Origin: the human T2T-CHM13v2.0 reference genome, Homo sapiens
Reading direction: 5' to 3' (one strand)
DNA length: 64,000 nt
Assembly: GCF_009914755.1 (NCBI RefSeq)
Contig: NC_060931.1
A program made the position numbers and the translations under genes. Below, one piece after another: positions 35,709-52,878 of the stretch (position 1 is the stretch's first letter; each line of letters begins with the position of its first letter). Under the pieces are notes generated by a model. It did no database searches. It worked only from the letters and a program-made list of their open reading frames with translations, and was not told the DNA's origin.

Positions 35709-36182
35709 TGTAGTAGGCAAGAAGAATAATGTTCCATGTAAAACGTTAATGTCCTAATCTCCAAACCTGTATGTAACCTTAAATGGTAAAAGAGATTTTG
35801 CAGATGTAATTAAGGTTACTATGGATTTCAAGACGAGGCGATAAGCCCAGATTATGCAATGGGACTAATTTAATCATGAGTCCTGCAGAGAACCTCTCCA
35901 GGGTGGTGTCAGAGAGATGTGGTAACAGAAGGGTCATAGAGATGAAACAGTGCTGGTTTTTAAGATAGAAGGCCGCAAGCCAAGGAATGCGGATGTTCTC
36001 TAGAAGGTGGAATGACAAGGAAATAAATAATTCTCCTATGCAACGCTGCCGACAAACTGATGTTAAAAGCACCGCGAAACCCGTTTGGACTCCTAACCTA
36101 TAGAATTGTTAAGATAATAAATTTGTGCTATTTTAAGCCACATTTTGTAACTTGTTATGGTGGCAATGGGAAACTAACCAGA
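35709..36182 (+). mobile_element. MLT1C/D-type MaLR LTR
   Basis: tgtagtaggc...ttttgcagatgtaattaagg...aataaatttgtgctattttaagccac...ggaaactaac. Confidence 0.8.
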
Positions 36183-36449
36183 AGTGATAACTAAGGATGA
36201 AGTGGTGTCTGGGAAGAAGGGAAACCTTCTGACTTCAGAAATACAAACATTTATGCTGGTAGTTCTTTAGATCTAGTCTGTCCGACAGAATATACATTCC
36301 TGTATTTCTACACTAGTCTTGTTCTGGAGAAGACGTTCTAGGTTGAGCACATAGAAGAGTGTTTAGTGTATATAGTGAGTTTCCTAGAAAAATGTGTTGA
36401 ATGAATAAATGAATGTGATCAAGGCAAGCTCTGGGAGGAACTGTAATTA

Positions 36450-36798
<349 letters not shown>

Positions 36799-37329
36799 GA
36801 ATTGCTGAACTTTATGTGTTTCTGTTTAAGTTCACAGCAGTCATAATTCTGCAAAATACAAGGCAAAACTGTCGTTTCTGATACTAGTAATATATCTAAA
36901 TCAGTAAGTAAAAAGGATGTGTAACATCTTAATAGGAGAAATAATTATTGTATGATCAAACAATTTCAAAATCAAACTAGACACTTTTCAGTATTTACTA
37001 CAGACAAATTTTCAACTTATTTGATCAAAAGATTTCTTAATGGCTGTTAGTCAATGCTGCATCAAGAAACTTTAGTGCAAATTTTACCAAATGCATTTAT
37101 CAAAAAGGGGTTTTCATTTTTTTCTGCAAACAAAACATTAACACTAAGTATGTAACAAACTGATTTGCCTACAAATCCAAAAACTATCAACATAAGCCAG
37201 TCCTTCAACTAAAAACTCAAACATACTTATCTTAAGGTCTATTCCTAATCCAGATTTGTCTATATTCAGGTTGGAAGACAGAATAACAATAAAACCAAAA
37301 TTTATCTGTAAAAATAATAAAAATAATTT

Positions 37330-38650
<1,321 letters not shown>

Positions 38651-39272
38651 GAAATTTATTTTTAAAAGTTTAATAGTTTGTTTTATTATTGCTTATTGAG
38701 TGATTTAGTAAATATTCTGTCAGGGTTAGCTTGAAATACAAATTTTAAAATGTGTATTTTAAATGTGTATTTCTGAAAATGGTATTTCAGAAATATGTAT
38801 ACATTCACATGGAAAGATGTTAATTATAATCTTAGTGACAAACTCTTAGAACCTGTAGGAAGAACTCATTTTTGTTTCTATGTCTACACACAAGGGTCTG
38901 GATGGATTTATAGCAGGGTATTAACTGATGATTTCTGGGTAGATAAGATGCCATGTGGCTAACATTCTTTTGCCTTGTTTTGTTTTAATAACATTTTTTA
39001 AAAACTCAATTTCTCAACTGAAGAGAAAATAAGCAAATAATACCTTTTCAAATTATTTTGAAAGTTCGTATTTTTCGTAGCTTTTTTCTTACTCTTTTTT
39101 CCGTATGACTGTTGCGTATTCTTAGCAAATAAAACTCCACAAAGGCAAGAAAAAACGTTAACACTCTTATCAGGCATATGGTAAGGATTTTAAATATCTC
39201 AGAGATAGGGTATCTATTATCATTTTCTAATACAGCTTCCCTTTTCAACAGTATAGTCTTTTTCAGAGTGAA

Positions 39273-39591
<319 letters not shown>

Positions 39592-40451
39592 ATATTTCAG
39601 AGTGAATTTTAAGTGGAAATTTGCTCGAACATTAATGACAGACAGCATACTTAGTTACCTGTCTTAATTGGTCTCCTTTAACTTGTATTATTACCATTTT
39701 TTCGTTTTTCCAATATTATCAAATATTTATTATTAAGTAATATTTTCCAATAATATTAAATAATATTTGTTGGAGACCCCGTTTGAGATTCTGCTCTTAC
39801 TGGAATGAATGCAGTGTGCCCCCACTTTGTCATGGCGTGTGACTGATAAACATCATGCATGTTTTCATAAAATCATAATACTTCTGAGCTGGAAGGACCT
39901 TAGAACAGATGTATCACTGCCCCTTCATTTTCTTATGCAAACATTGCTTTTAGCCTACATGACATTGGAAAGATGGCTGGGCTGAATGATCTAATAGATT
40001 CTTTCTAGCTTAAGGTTTCCTGATTCTAGGAAATTTCACATGCTCTTTCATGCTTTTACTGTTTTTTCAGTGATGTACCCTTATTGCCATCTGGATATCT
40101 CAAAATGCATTACATTAAAATAAGAATGGAGTTTAGTTGTTGTTTATTTTTAATCAGTACTTCATGATTCCTATGGTGTACTCAGAAAGTGCCAATATGG
40201 AACAATGCATTTGATGTTTTGGATTGAGTGCAGGAAATTACTCGACCAATCAAATATGAGATTTTTTTATTGGATTTTGAAAGACCTCATCTCTTAAAAA
40301 AATATTTATGCTAGCTGATTACACAATTGTGGCTAGAATGTTTATCCTGTCACAAACATGCAGTATAAAACAGAGCTAATTTAAATGCTCATGCATTCTT
40401 CACAAAGTTCATCTTTTTTAAATCTAATATTATAGAGGAAAAGTTTTTAAT

Positions 40452-40737
40452 TTTTATTTATTTTTATTGTTTTGAGATAGGATCTCACTTTGTCACACAG
40501 GCTGGAGTGTAGTGGTGCAATCTTGGCTCACTGCAGCCTTGAACTCCTGGGCTCTATCGATTCTCCTACCTCAACCTCATGAGTAGCTGGGACTACAGCC
40601 ACCACACCCAACTTTTCATAGAGATGAGGTCTCACCACATTGCCCAGGCTGGTCTCAAACTCCTAGGCTGAAGCAATCTGCCTCCTTTGGCCTCCCAAAG
40701 TGCTGGGATTACAGGCATGAGCCACCGTGCCTGGCCT
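40452..40737 (-). mobile_element. AluJ-like
   Basis: Antisense Alu. Confidence 0.85.
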
Positions 40738-40862
40738 AAAAATCTTTAAGATACATTTTTTTAGATTTATTTTTGAGATGTTAACAGCACATTTTTTGTA
40801 TTTCAAGAAAAGTGACTTGAGTCCGTCACTAAATATTTTACAAATTTTAAACGTGTTAAGTA

Positions 40863-41411
<549 letters not shown>

Positions 41412-41541
41412 TTAGTACAGAGATTTGCTAAATTGTACGTTGATCTTCAGTGTATCGCTTTTTTTTTTTTTTTTTTTTTAAGAAATGTTTTGAATAAGTA
41501 ATTGCTTTACTGTTCTGTGTTTTTCTCCTATTCCTTTTTAG

Positions 41542-41628
41542 GCTTCTCTACAGTTTAGCCTTTAATGCCAGGTTTCTGAGACATCTTTGGTTTCTAATAT
41601 CTTCCATGTCAACACGGATGATCACAGG
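41542..41628 (+). CDS. UBE3C: UBE3C exon 11 (LLYSLAFNARF...TRMITG)
   Basis: ttttag|G...ACAGG|gtatgt; 87 nt. Confidence 0.95.
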
Positions 41629-42191
41629 GTATGTATTATACAGACTTATAAATTGAGCTCAAGGGCACAGGAAGTGGCAGCCTAATCAAAAATGTTGCCA
41701 GAACCTGTTTTTAAGTCCTGTTTATACTGGGCTTATTTCATATTAGAAGGTAAGTTCCAGATGGTCTCAGTTGCACAAAAAGAAAAATCAGTGTCTAATC
41801 TTAACAGTTACTTATCTGTATATATTATAGAGAGTATGGTTTTATCTGAAGGTAAGTTTCCTTTAAACATCCTAGCCATGTTTTTAAAAAAGCAGACATT
41901 TGGAAATTGCTTTGCTCCATATGACTTTACTCCTCTTTTCACAGTGAAAATACAGATTTGAAGTAAATTAAAGACTGCTGCAAACATTAGAACAGTGTAG
42001 AAGTTTTTAAACATTTGTTGAAATAATTTGATTTTTCTTATTTGAATCGTGTAATTTAAAAAATATCATCTTTGACTTAACATATTTTAACTGAGTATGT
42101 AATAGGTAGGAATTTCATACTTAAAATCCTTCATGGTAAACTGACTTAGCCTAGTACTCTGTTGTTGAATTTTTCCTCTGCCAGAAGTCTA

Positions 42192-42549
<358 letters not shown>

Positions 42550-43622
42550 TTAATTGGAGACTAAACTTACAAGATGCAACTGTGTGTCATGCTCATGGTA
42601 GTAGTGATAATAGCAGTCACTGTTACTGACTCCATGCTGTGAACCAGCTCATTCGGTGGTGGGAAGACACATCTCAGTTGTAGGGCAAGAGTGTAGAAAG
42701 TGGTCTTGTTTTCTTTTTAGGAACAAGAAGTTAGAAGAAAGAATTTTTGGTGGGTTGGGGTGGTATATCTAAAATATAAACACACTCATCTGCAATCTAA
42801 CTTGCTGTGTGCAGTCATAATGAAAACTCTTGTTGAGATTTCTGGATTTTGAGCTTTTTCATGCAATATGTAGAGCAAAAGATATTCATATGTTGTTCAG
42901 CCAGGCACAGTCAGCCCCTTTATGATGGGACTGGTGTTCAAATCATCTGGACAAAACAGTTCATACTAATGAAAGGGGAATGTCAGTTTCTCAATATTAT
43001 TACTTCAAATTTTTCATTTTTTTAATTGAATCTTAAGTGAGGAAAGGGGAGTTTTACTGCTGCCGCTGTGACTGGTGAAACTCATAAAGGTTAAGTGAGT
43101 TATCTTGCATCAACAGTGGGTGGCTAAAGCAGAGACAAAAGACTCCTACAATGATTTACTGTCTTGAGAAATTCTTTTCTTTCATTTCCAAACCAAAATA
43201 CAAGATTTTAAGTATGTTTTGTTGTGTTTTTTTTGGTGCATTTCAGCCACTTCTGACTACGCCAGCTTTGGTTTTCATTAGTGACAGGTTTGTTTTGGGC
43301 AGAAGGGAATTGAGAATCATTAGGACAGGAAATTATCGTTTACCCATAAGTGCCTCAGCTTAGCAACAGAAACACTGTCATAGTTCTGCCTGATAATTGC
43401 TTATTTGTTTATGGCATTTGTCTCTTGCTAAGGAAATGGAGTCATGGTGTGTGAAAGAAAAGTGGGATATTGTTAATTATATTAAATTATTAATACTATT
43501 TTATGATAGGGTAGTTTTACAAATCTTATTAAAAGACAGTTTGATAATTTGAATGTCTTTTTACTTGTTTATTAGAATGAAGTCCCTCAAGAAACTGACA
43601 GTGTATTAATGCGTTCCCAATA

Positions 43623-43986
43623 CAGATACTCCTTGAGGTACAATGGGGCTTTGTCCTGATAAACCCATTGTAAGTTGAAAATATCATAAGTTGAAATGCA
43701 TTCAAGACACCCAGCTTACTGAGGCCTCACAGCTTAGCCTAGCCTACCTAAAACGTGCTCAAAATATGTGCATTAGCCTACAGCTAGGCAAAATCATCAA
43801 ACACTAGGCCAATTTTATAATAAAGTGTTGAATGTCCATGTAATTTATTGAATATTGTACTGAAAGCGTAAAAACAGAATGGTTTATGGATACTCGAAGT
43901 ATGGTTTCTACTGAATGGGAATCACCTTTGACCATCTTGAAGTTGCAAAATCCTAAACTGAACCATTGTAAGTCAGGCACCATCTG
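43623..43986 (+). mobile_element. MER47A-like Tigger DNA transposon
   Basis: TA|cagat...atctg|TA ends; matches recalled consensus (gataaacccattgtaagttgaaaat, gcttagcctagcctacct). Confidence 0.85.
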
Positions 43987-44160
43987 TAAATGTCTCATAT
44001 TTCCTACTGGGAATAAAGTTTAAAATGAAATAACTGATTTTCTGAAACTGGCACTCAATTTAAGTCAAAAATAGTTTAACAGTAAGGCTTGCATTGCTAG
44101 GACTTACAGCTTTAGTGGGCAGAAGTATCATCAGGGGAGCGTGTTAAAATGCATATTCTC

Positions 44161-44239
44161 CTGAGACGAGATTGCGCCATTGCACTCCAGCCTGGGTAAC
44201 AAGAGGGAAACTTTGTTTCAAAAAAAAAAAAAAAAAAAA
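44161..44239 (+). mobile_element. 5'-truncated Alu 3' end
   Basis: gagattgcgccattgcactccagcctggg plus poly(A). Confidence 0.8.
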
Positions 44240-46054
44240 TTTCAGCTTCTCTGTTCCTGCCCTAAGACTTGGGTTAGAAACCCTGGAGACTGCAACCTCA
44301 CAAGCTTATCAGGTAATCGAGGTACAGATGGTTTGGGGGCCAACCGAGAAGCACTATTCTTCACCCCAGTCTAGCAGACCACATTTAAACAATCTCCAGA
44401 TGGATAGTGAATTTTGACACATCAGACATTTTGCAAATAACATCTTTATTCATTTACCTCATTTTCAGTACTTGCTATTGAAATCAGCCAGTTTAGTTTC
44501 CTTCTTCTTGAAGATGAGGGAACCCATAGCCAGCTGGTACTGTTTTCCATTAGGCATCCCTTGACTACAACATAACATAGAGATGCTTTGCCCAGATGTC
44601 TTCAGTGTGGGCAGTAGGTGCTGGTGTTGGCTGTTTGATAAATAATCTCAAAACAGTCTACAGTAGTATTCTGAAAACCTGTTAAAGCAAGAATCCGTTC
44701 TTAAAAGCTCTTTGCAAGGGTGGGGGACATTGGACGAGGAGGAGGAGTGGTTCCCACAGGCACGCAATTTGAAAACCCTTGTTCTCAAGATCTAGACAGA
44801 GGTTAGGGATTGCCTCGGGTCTCACTGATGGTCAGTAATTCACCTAGCTCCCCTGAGTTATGTGTGAATCAGTGTCTTTTCCATTACAGTAAGTTGCAGA
44901 CTTTATTTGCACATAAGTCTTTGAGACTGACCTGTTTTCAGAGGAATATTTGAGTCAGTGTTTATAGCAGAAAGAATGGTCAGCAGAGAACTAAGAGACC
45001 TGTGTCTCGTTTGTGCCCTGTCTGCAGGGCAGCATTGGCACATATCCTTGCCAATCCCAGTTTTTGTCATTAAAGTAAAAATGATGCATTCCTTTTGCTT
45101 GTTTCACAGGGGGTTTGAAGAGGACAAATAAGTTTTTGTTGGTTAATTACCCTGTCCCTTTTTTTTTTGGACCCAATATAAGAATTTTATGCATCCTGCA
45201 ATATGTGTGCATAACTGATGATGTGTTGGTGGTGATGATTCTTGTCAGGGATAACAGTACAAGTACAAGGATTCTTGTCGGGGATAACAGTGGAAAGCAG
45301 GCTCATCAAGACGCAGGAGTGGGCTCCAGCTGTCATAGGCAGGGCTGTTGAAAGAAGCCACCCCTGTCCAGTTAAGGCAGCCCTGTGCCTTTTTTATCCT
45401 CCATATAAACAACCTTTTTGTGTCATCCTGGCTTTGGCAATGAGGTAGGACAATTGTGCTTTGTCCCTTTTTGAATGTCCCACAATGTTTAAATTTTGGA
45501 AGAATGGCATTCATTCATTGATGAATCTGTTCAGCATAGTGCTAAATGCAGAGTATCACAACTGCAAACATGGATCATGTATGCTCAGGTTGTGTAGCAT
45601 GTGGACATAGTGTATCTTCTCTGTGGGAACACAGTTTCAGGTGCACATATGGGTTCCTTTTCTCAAAGCGGTTGATGATGGCAGTGCCCTCCCCTGAACC
45701 ATGCACCATGGAGACTCAGAAGCTCCAGGTGGCTCAGCCAAGCTCCTTACGGCCCCGCTAATTAGAACAAGTGGCCTTACCTTCTGCTTTGCTTTCATAC
45801 ATGATTTGTAGATCCTGACTCCTGGTTACATCTCATCTAATATATACCTGTAGTTTTGTGGAAATGGATATTTGGGGAGATAAGAGAGTGATCTTGCTCA
45901 CAGTGTCTGTTAACCTGTGATTGATTTGACTTGGTAGAGGGGACCATGGACTTTATAGAAAGAGCTTGCAGGTGAGCCTATTAGCTAAAAGTTCCATAAG
46001 ACAAGGAACCAGACTTAAAAACGAGAGAAAAGGAAGAAGTTCTAGGTGAAATAA

Positions 46055-46580
<526 letters not shown>

Positions 46581-47218
46581 TTAATTTAATATATCATAGC
46601 TCTTGATGGGTGAAAGGCTGCTGAGTAAAGACCACCTTAGCTGCTGTGAAAGCAGGAGCAGGATGGGAGCTGGTGAATAAAGTGGACAGTGGGAGCAAGG
46701 CCACCATAGAGAACTGGAAACTTTGTTTCTTGAGGTTCCAGTTTGGCTTCAATATTGAATAGCTTTCAACGTTACCAAAAGTTAAGTCGCTGGATAAATT
46801 TTTCCTGAGACCAGAATGATTTGCCTTTATTAAATATGTTGAGTAGAAGGGAAGGGGGATGGTTTCCTCATAAGAGTAAAGTACATGTGTGTCTTGAATA
46901 GTGGCCTTATTAGAGCTCTTCTTAGGGCCTTAGTCTGGGAACGACTGGCTTACTCTTAGTAACTTCATTATCTAGTTGGTACAGGTAGCAGAAACCTTAG
47001 TGAAGATTAATGGGTTGGTATGCTATTTTTTGTATTAATCTATGCTGTTTATTAACCTGCATTGCCATGGTGACTTTACCTTGCCTTTAAATAGTTTAAT
47101 TCCTAATGCAAATGTTACTTTCCCTGATTATATTTGTTTGATGTTATGTTTTAATTAGTTCCCAAACTAAGACTAATTTTAAAGTGACTGGTTTTTTTCT
47201 TCTTTTCTTTAATTCAAG

Positions 47219-47376
47219 GTCTATGGTACCGTTGCTTCAGGTGATATCCAGGGGTTCTCCTATGTCTTTTGAAGATTCTAGTCGAATCATCCCACTCTTT
47301 TATCTTTTTAGCTCCTTGTTTAGTCATTCACTAATTTCCATACATGATAACGAATTCTTCGGTGATCCCATAGAAG
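47219..47376 (+). CDS. UBE3C: UBE3C exon 12 (SMVPLLQV...FFGDPIE)
   Basis: ttcaag|G...GAAG|gtaagg; 158 nt. Confidence 0.95.
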
Positions 47377-47523
47377 GTAAGGATTTTGAGAAACCAGTTT
47401 GCTGCTGGCCACTTGGCCCATCAGTTTTCATAGACAGTAGAAAAGTTTTAAGCTTTTTAAGTCTTTCAGTGTGTGTTAAAAGATGGAAAAAGAAACAATA
47501 GAAAACTGGATTGTGTTTTTTAG

Positions 47524-47756
47524 TTGTAGGTCAAAGACAATCATCAATGATGCCTTTTACTTTAGAAGAGCTGATAATGTTGTCTCGATGCCTTCGAGAT
47601 GCATGCCTGGGGATCATCAAGTTGGCTTATCCAGAAACCAAGCCAGAAGTTCGAGAAGAATATATTACAGCATTTCAGAGTATTGGAGTTACTACTAGCT
47701 CTGAAATGCAACAATGCATACAGATGGAACAGAAAAGATGGATTCAGTTATTTAAG
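47524..47756 (+). CDS. UBE3C: UBE3C exon 13 (VVGQRQSS...WIQLFK)
   Basis: ttttag|TT...AAG|gtatag; 233 nt; follows a 147-nt intron. Confidence 0.95.
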
Positions 47757-47872
47757 GTATAGAGTATATGTATTTTTTTGTTTACTGACATTGAAAAATG
47801 TACAAACTTTTGTCTTGACTCGTTGCAGAGGAATAAAAATGCAGGTTTGTTTCAGACATGTTTTAATTTGCA

Positions 47873-47876
<4 letters not shown>

Positions 47877-47915
<39 letters not shown>

Positions 47916-48197
47916 ATACATGGACTTGATGTGTCTCCCAGGCTGGAGTGCAATGACACCATCATACTCCACTGCAGCCTTGAACTCCTGGGATCAAGCA
48001 ATCCTCTCACCTCAGCCTCCTGAGTAGCTGGGGCTACTGGCACATGCCACCACACCCAGCTAATTTATTAGTTTTTTTGTAGAGACAGAGTCTCACTGTG
48101 TTACCCAGGCTGGTCTCAAATTCCTGGCCTCATGGATTCCTCCTGCTTCTGCCTCCCATAGTGCTGGGATTATAGGCGTGAGCCACTGCAGCTGGCC
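47877..48197 (-). mobile_element. AluJ-like with a long T-tail
   Basis: Antisense Alu. Confidence 0.85.
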
Positions 48198-49720
48198 TAT
48201 ATACCTTTTTAATTAAGAAAAGTAATTTTAGTACTTTTGATTAATTAAGGTAATTTAATTAACTAAAATTACTTTCATTTTAATTTACATTTGCCTCACT
48301 TAAAACCATGTTTTTAAACCTTGTTACATGCATCTTTTCTATGTGGCCCTAACTACTTAACTGTGACACGATGAAATATAAATACAGTTTTTAAAATGTT
48401 TTTATTTTTCACTAAATATTTCTTAGATTTTATTGTTTTTTCAAACCTTTCAAAAATTGATTAACAACGTAAAGTAGGTCATTAATTTTTAATGCTAGTT
48501 GTATATAAATTATTTTAACATATCTTCGTTCTTAACCAGAAAGTGAAGTTTTGAGTTACTGTGGCTGGAATGTTGGCAGGAAACCACCACCAGTGAGAAT
48601 GTAACTGTTGGGATGGAAAAAAAGAAAAGGAAAAGGGTGCTTGACTTCCCATGAAATTTCTGCAGCAAACACATCTAGTCAGCTAAAATTGCTCATTAAA
48701 GGAGTGAGAGCAGAAGAAATGCATTTTCCAAATTGAATGCTAGATTTACAGTCCGTTTAATACCAGCGACCTCTCGCACACTAATGTTCAGTTCGAGTCA
48801 TCAGCTGTCCCTTTGGGTCTTTTATCACTGCTTTTGTCAAGCTATCTATTTAATTGAAAGAAGTTAATTGAATGAAAATGATCAACTAAGCTTGTATTAA
48901 TATTGCTAATGGAACTTTCTTCTTGGCCATGTTTGGAGAAAGATGTCAAGCTAGACTTTAGGAAGGGCCCATTAATGCTTGCACTTAACCTGATGGGCTA
49001 ATTAAGGAATGCTTATTCATCCTCCAAGTCCACGAGAGTCTCTCTCCAGCCCGTTCTGCCTGGTTTTACAACACATTTCTCTTAGGAGCATGAGCATTAG
49101 CAGCAGCAGCCGTAACTGATAATGTTTTGATTGCACTGAATACAGTCCTAATGCATCGTTGAATTTATAATTTGGGCAGATTGATGTAATATATGTTTGC
49201 ACAATTTATTTTAATTACCTATTTCTGTATTCCTAAGTAAACTGGGACGGTCACATGGTAAGCCTTTACTATATCCTTTCTTAAAGATTGACAAATTTGC
49301 AATTTTTCTATGTTAAAAAATAAGCAGTCTCACCTATTTAAAACTTATAATTCTTACATAAGCTTTTCCTGGATGTGGGTGTTAACGGTAGCATATTTGT
49401 TTTCCTTTCAATATTTGATTAAACCCTGGGGTCTTTGTTAATAAAGCTTTCCATGATGTGCAATATCAGGTGTTGTGTATGATATCAGATAATTTCACTG
49501 TTTTATGGCATCTGTTGAGAGTTTCATAATTTCCATGACAGGCTTATCTTTAGTATGTAGAAATCTCTGAACTTAATAATGCCATATAAGATATTTTCCA
49601 CCCTGGCCTTATTTTGTTTTGGTTAAGCGTTAAATGAAAAGTTTGTACAGAATTTTTTTATGCCTCAAAATGACTCCCTGCCACTTTATTCATCATTGAA
49701 AGTTTTAAGAGTTAGGGCAA

Positions 49721-50018
<298 letters not shown>

Positions 50019-50989
50019 TTACCTTTTTTTTGTTGGTGGTGGTGATTGTTTTAGGTTTGAAATCAAGTTGTTGTAAGACCTTTTGAGTTTAGAATTGTTT
50101 AAAGACCTTTTTTTTTTTAAAGGATTTCTGTTCTTTGGTCACCTGTCCCCCAAACCATTTTATGCTACCTGCTATTGAGCTGAGCCCCCAAAATAAAAAT
50201 CACTGCATAATTTTTGAGTAATCAGCTGCTGTTAGCTGTTCTTTTAAGAAAATACTATCTCTATTATGAAGTTGTATGAACTTACACCTCTGTAGTTAAC
50301 TGTGTTTTAGGCAGTATTCTAAGAGTTTTGCATATATTCATTTAATACAATAGTTCTGTGAGAAAGATACTATAATTTGTTTTACAGATGAGGTCATGTA
50401 TATGATGGTAGAACCAGCTGCTATTCTACACTCCCCTTCTGAAAAGAATACAAATTGTATCAGCATTTTTCATATTATTGTTGTGCCAAATTTGAGTTGA
50501 AGAATTCGAGGTAGAATCAACCAAAGAACGCAGAAGCGTTTAGCCCATGATCTCCTGCCTTCCATTGATTTTGACAGAATTGCAAACGATGAGACCTGAC
50601 TCCTTCAACACCGACCATTTTCATTTTTCAGTCCTATCATGGTCCTCCCAAAGTCATTTGTGTGAGAGGCTCTGCTGGCTGGTCACAGAGCATAGAATTT
50701 TAAGTGGATAGAGTCATCTTTCTTTGTCACTGTAAGAATTGAGGTCACTTTCTAAGCCCTGTCTTGACACTGCTAAAACAGTTTATGCATTTATCAAATT
50801 TATAAACTCCTCTTGAAGTGTAATTTAGAGCTATAATTACTTTAGCTTGATGAGATAGGAAATCCTGTTTTGAGATGTCTGTGTGCATCCACCAAACTTA
50901 ACAGGAGTTTCCTCCTGTGATAGGGAAACAGGAGGAAGTGGCAGGGAATGAGGAGGAAGGTTCCCATGCCCTCATTATCCATATGTCTG

Positions 50990-51016
50990 GAGAGAGAGAG
51001 AGAGAGAGAGAGAGAG
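50990..51016. repeat. (GA)n microsatellite
   Basis: About 13 GA units. Confidence 0.9.
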
Positions 51017-51331
51017 CCATACTATGAGTGATTTTTTTACTTCCTTAGTGGTTAAGTTGTATTTTTTCAGTTCCAAAAAGCTATTTTTAAAAAGTAATAA
51101 AGCAACAGCAGTGCCCTGTTAATATAATCCTAACATGCGACCATTTGACTATGTTACAACCAAGAGATCCAAAGCTTGTAGCGCTGTGCCTTATCCTTTT
51201 CTGTTATTGAAGATTTTGATTGATTTTGTTTTTGTTTTTTGACTACTAAAGTGGATGCTATATGCAGTAATTTTATAGTGTTTTAAATATGTGCTGAAGA
51301 ATACTGTTTTTCAAAATACTCCAGTTTTTAA

Positions 51332-51456
51332 CCCGTTTGTGCCAGAGGTTGCGAATTTTTTGTGTGAAAAATCAGGCCTTGGCAATGACCTTGAGCAGTA
51401 GAATATAAATCCCACAAGCTTAGCGTTCCAGTAATGGAACACTAGGCATAAATGGG
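51332..51456 (-). mobile_element. MER85 piggyBac (PGBD3-family) MITE
   Basis: TTAA at 51328 and 51457; terminal inverted repeats cccgtttgtgcc / ggcataaatggg; internal palindrome gttccagtaatggaac at 51425-51440. Confidence 0.9.
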
Positions 51457-52576
51457 TTAACAAGTGGTAACTAAGGGCTATATAAAATTTGGTTAACCCT
51501 TGACAGCAGCAGTGCATACCAGATACTTCATGACTTTCATAGGTTAGAGTGTTTTATTCTCAGTTATTTGAACACTCACAGTATTCATCCCACCCATAGT
51601 GACACAGCTCTATGCTAAGGGATCATAAATGAATTCACACAGGGTGCCTGTTCCTGCAGTATCACCACGTAGTGAAGGAGACATGCATTCAGCTAATGAC
51701 AGTGGGAAACAGCAAACCACAGAGGCCGGTCCTGTGGAAGCACACAGGAGAGAAGCACCAGCTGCTGCGTCATCTGGCACTTGACTCACTTGAGGAAAAC
51801 GGTTGTTTTCCAACGAGGTCATGTTCTTAGAGCTTTTTCTGACATGTTACTTTTATATATTCTTCTTATGAAGTCAAATTGTAAAAATCCATTCTCATTT
51901 GATGTATTTCCCACATTGCACATTTATTGCACTTCAGAACCTGGAAATTGTATGCTAAGTATGCTTTGTATTTTGCTTTTTAAAGAACTAACTCATCTGG
52001 TTTCAGGACTAGATCTACTGTAGAAAGAAAAAAAAAAATTAACTCAGTTGTTTGGTTTTAGTTACCAGATTTTACATATCACATTTAAGATAAAAAAGAT
52101 ACTTTTATTTTATGTTATGATGCAATTTAGTCTTTCAGTTGCCCTTCAAAACTTGGACTATATGTACTTAATTTTTTGGTTGCAATACTATATCTAAATA
52201 TCCGTCATCTCCATACAGAAATGTCACAATTTAGGATTAATAGCCTTGTCATCTAATTTATATATACATTTGTGATAATATAGCTAGTGCGTAAGAATAT
52301 TTCCCCAAGGTCAGTTAAGCAAGATTTTCTTATGATCATCATTGCCATGAACTCTCAAACATAGCGATCTTGTGAAAACAGTGCCTGTTAATTTACAATG
52401 TTTACCTTGAACAGTTGTCAAGTGTGATTTTTATAAGGAGTTGGTATGTTTCTAAGCAGTTATCTACTTGATCTTTTTAATATTGGGGTTAAGGGAAACC
52501 TGCTTACAGCATCACCTATTTTTCATTCAAATGGCACATAATAGAGCATGTGTAACAGTTGTGTACCTTTGTGGGG

Positions 52577-52878
52577 TTTTTTTGTTTTTTGTTTTTCTTT
52601 TTGAGACAGGGTTTCGTTCTGTTGCCCAAGCTGGAGTACAGTGGCTCGATCTCACTGCAACCTCCACCCCCCAGGCTCAAGTGATTCTTTCACCTCGGCC
52701 TCCTGAGTAGCTGGGACTACAGGCATGTGCCACCACACCCGGCTAATTTTTGTATTTTTTGTAGAGATAGGGTTTCACCATGTTACCCAGGCTGGTCTTG
52801 AACTCCTAGGCTCGAGTGATCTGCCTGCCTCGGCCTCCCAAAATGCTAGGATTACAGGTGTGAGCCACCACGCCCGGC
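52577..52878 (-). mobile_element. AluJb-like
   Basis: Antisense Alu. Confidence 0.87.

Noticed and set aside
45237-45290. Direct repeat gattcttgtc(a)gggataacagt resembling part of an I-SceI site or a CRISPR-like repeat
   Set aside because: Only two copies with an 11-nt gap and a partial match; a simple local duplication in eukaryotic DNA
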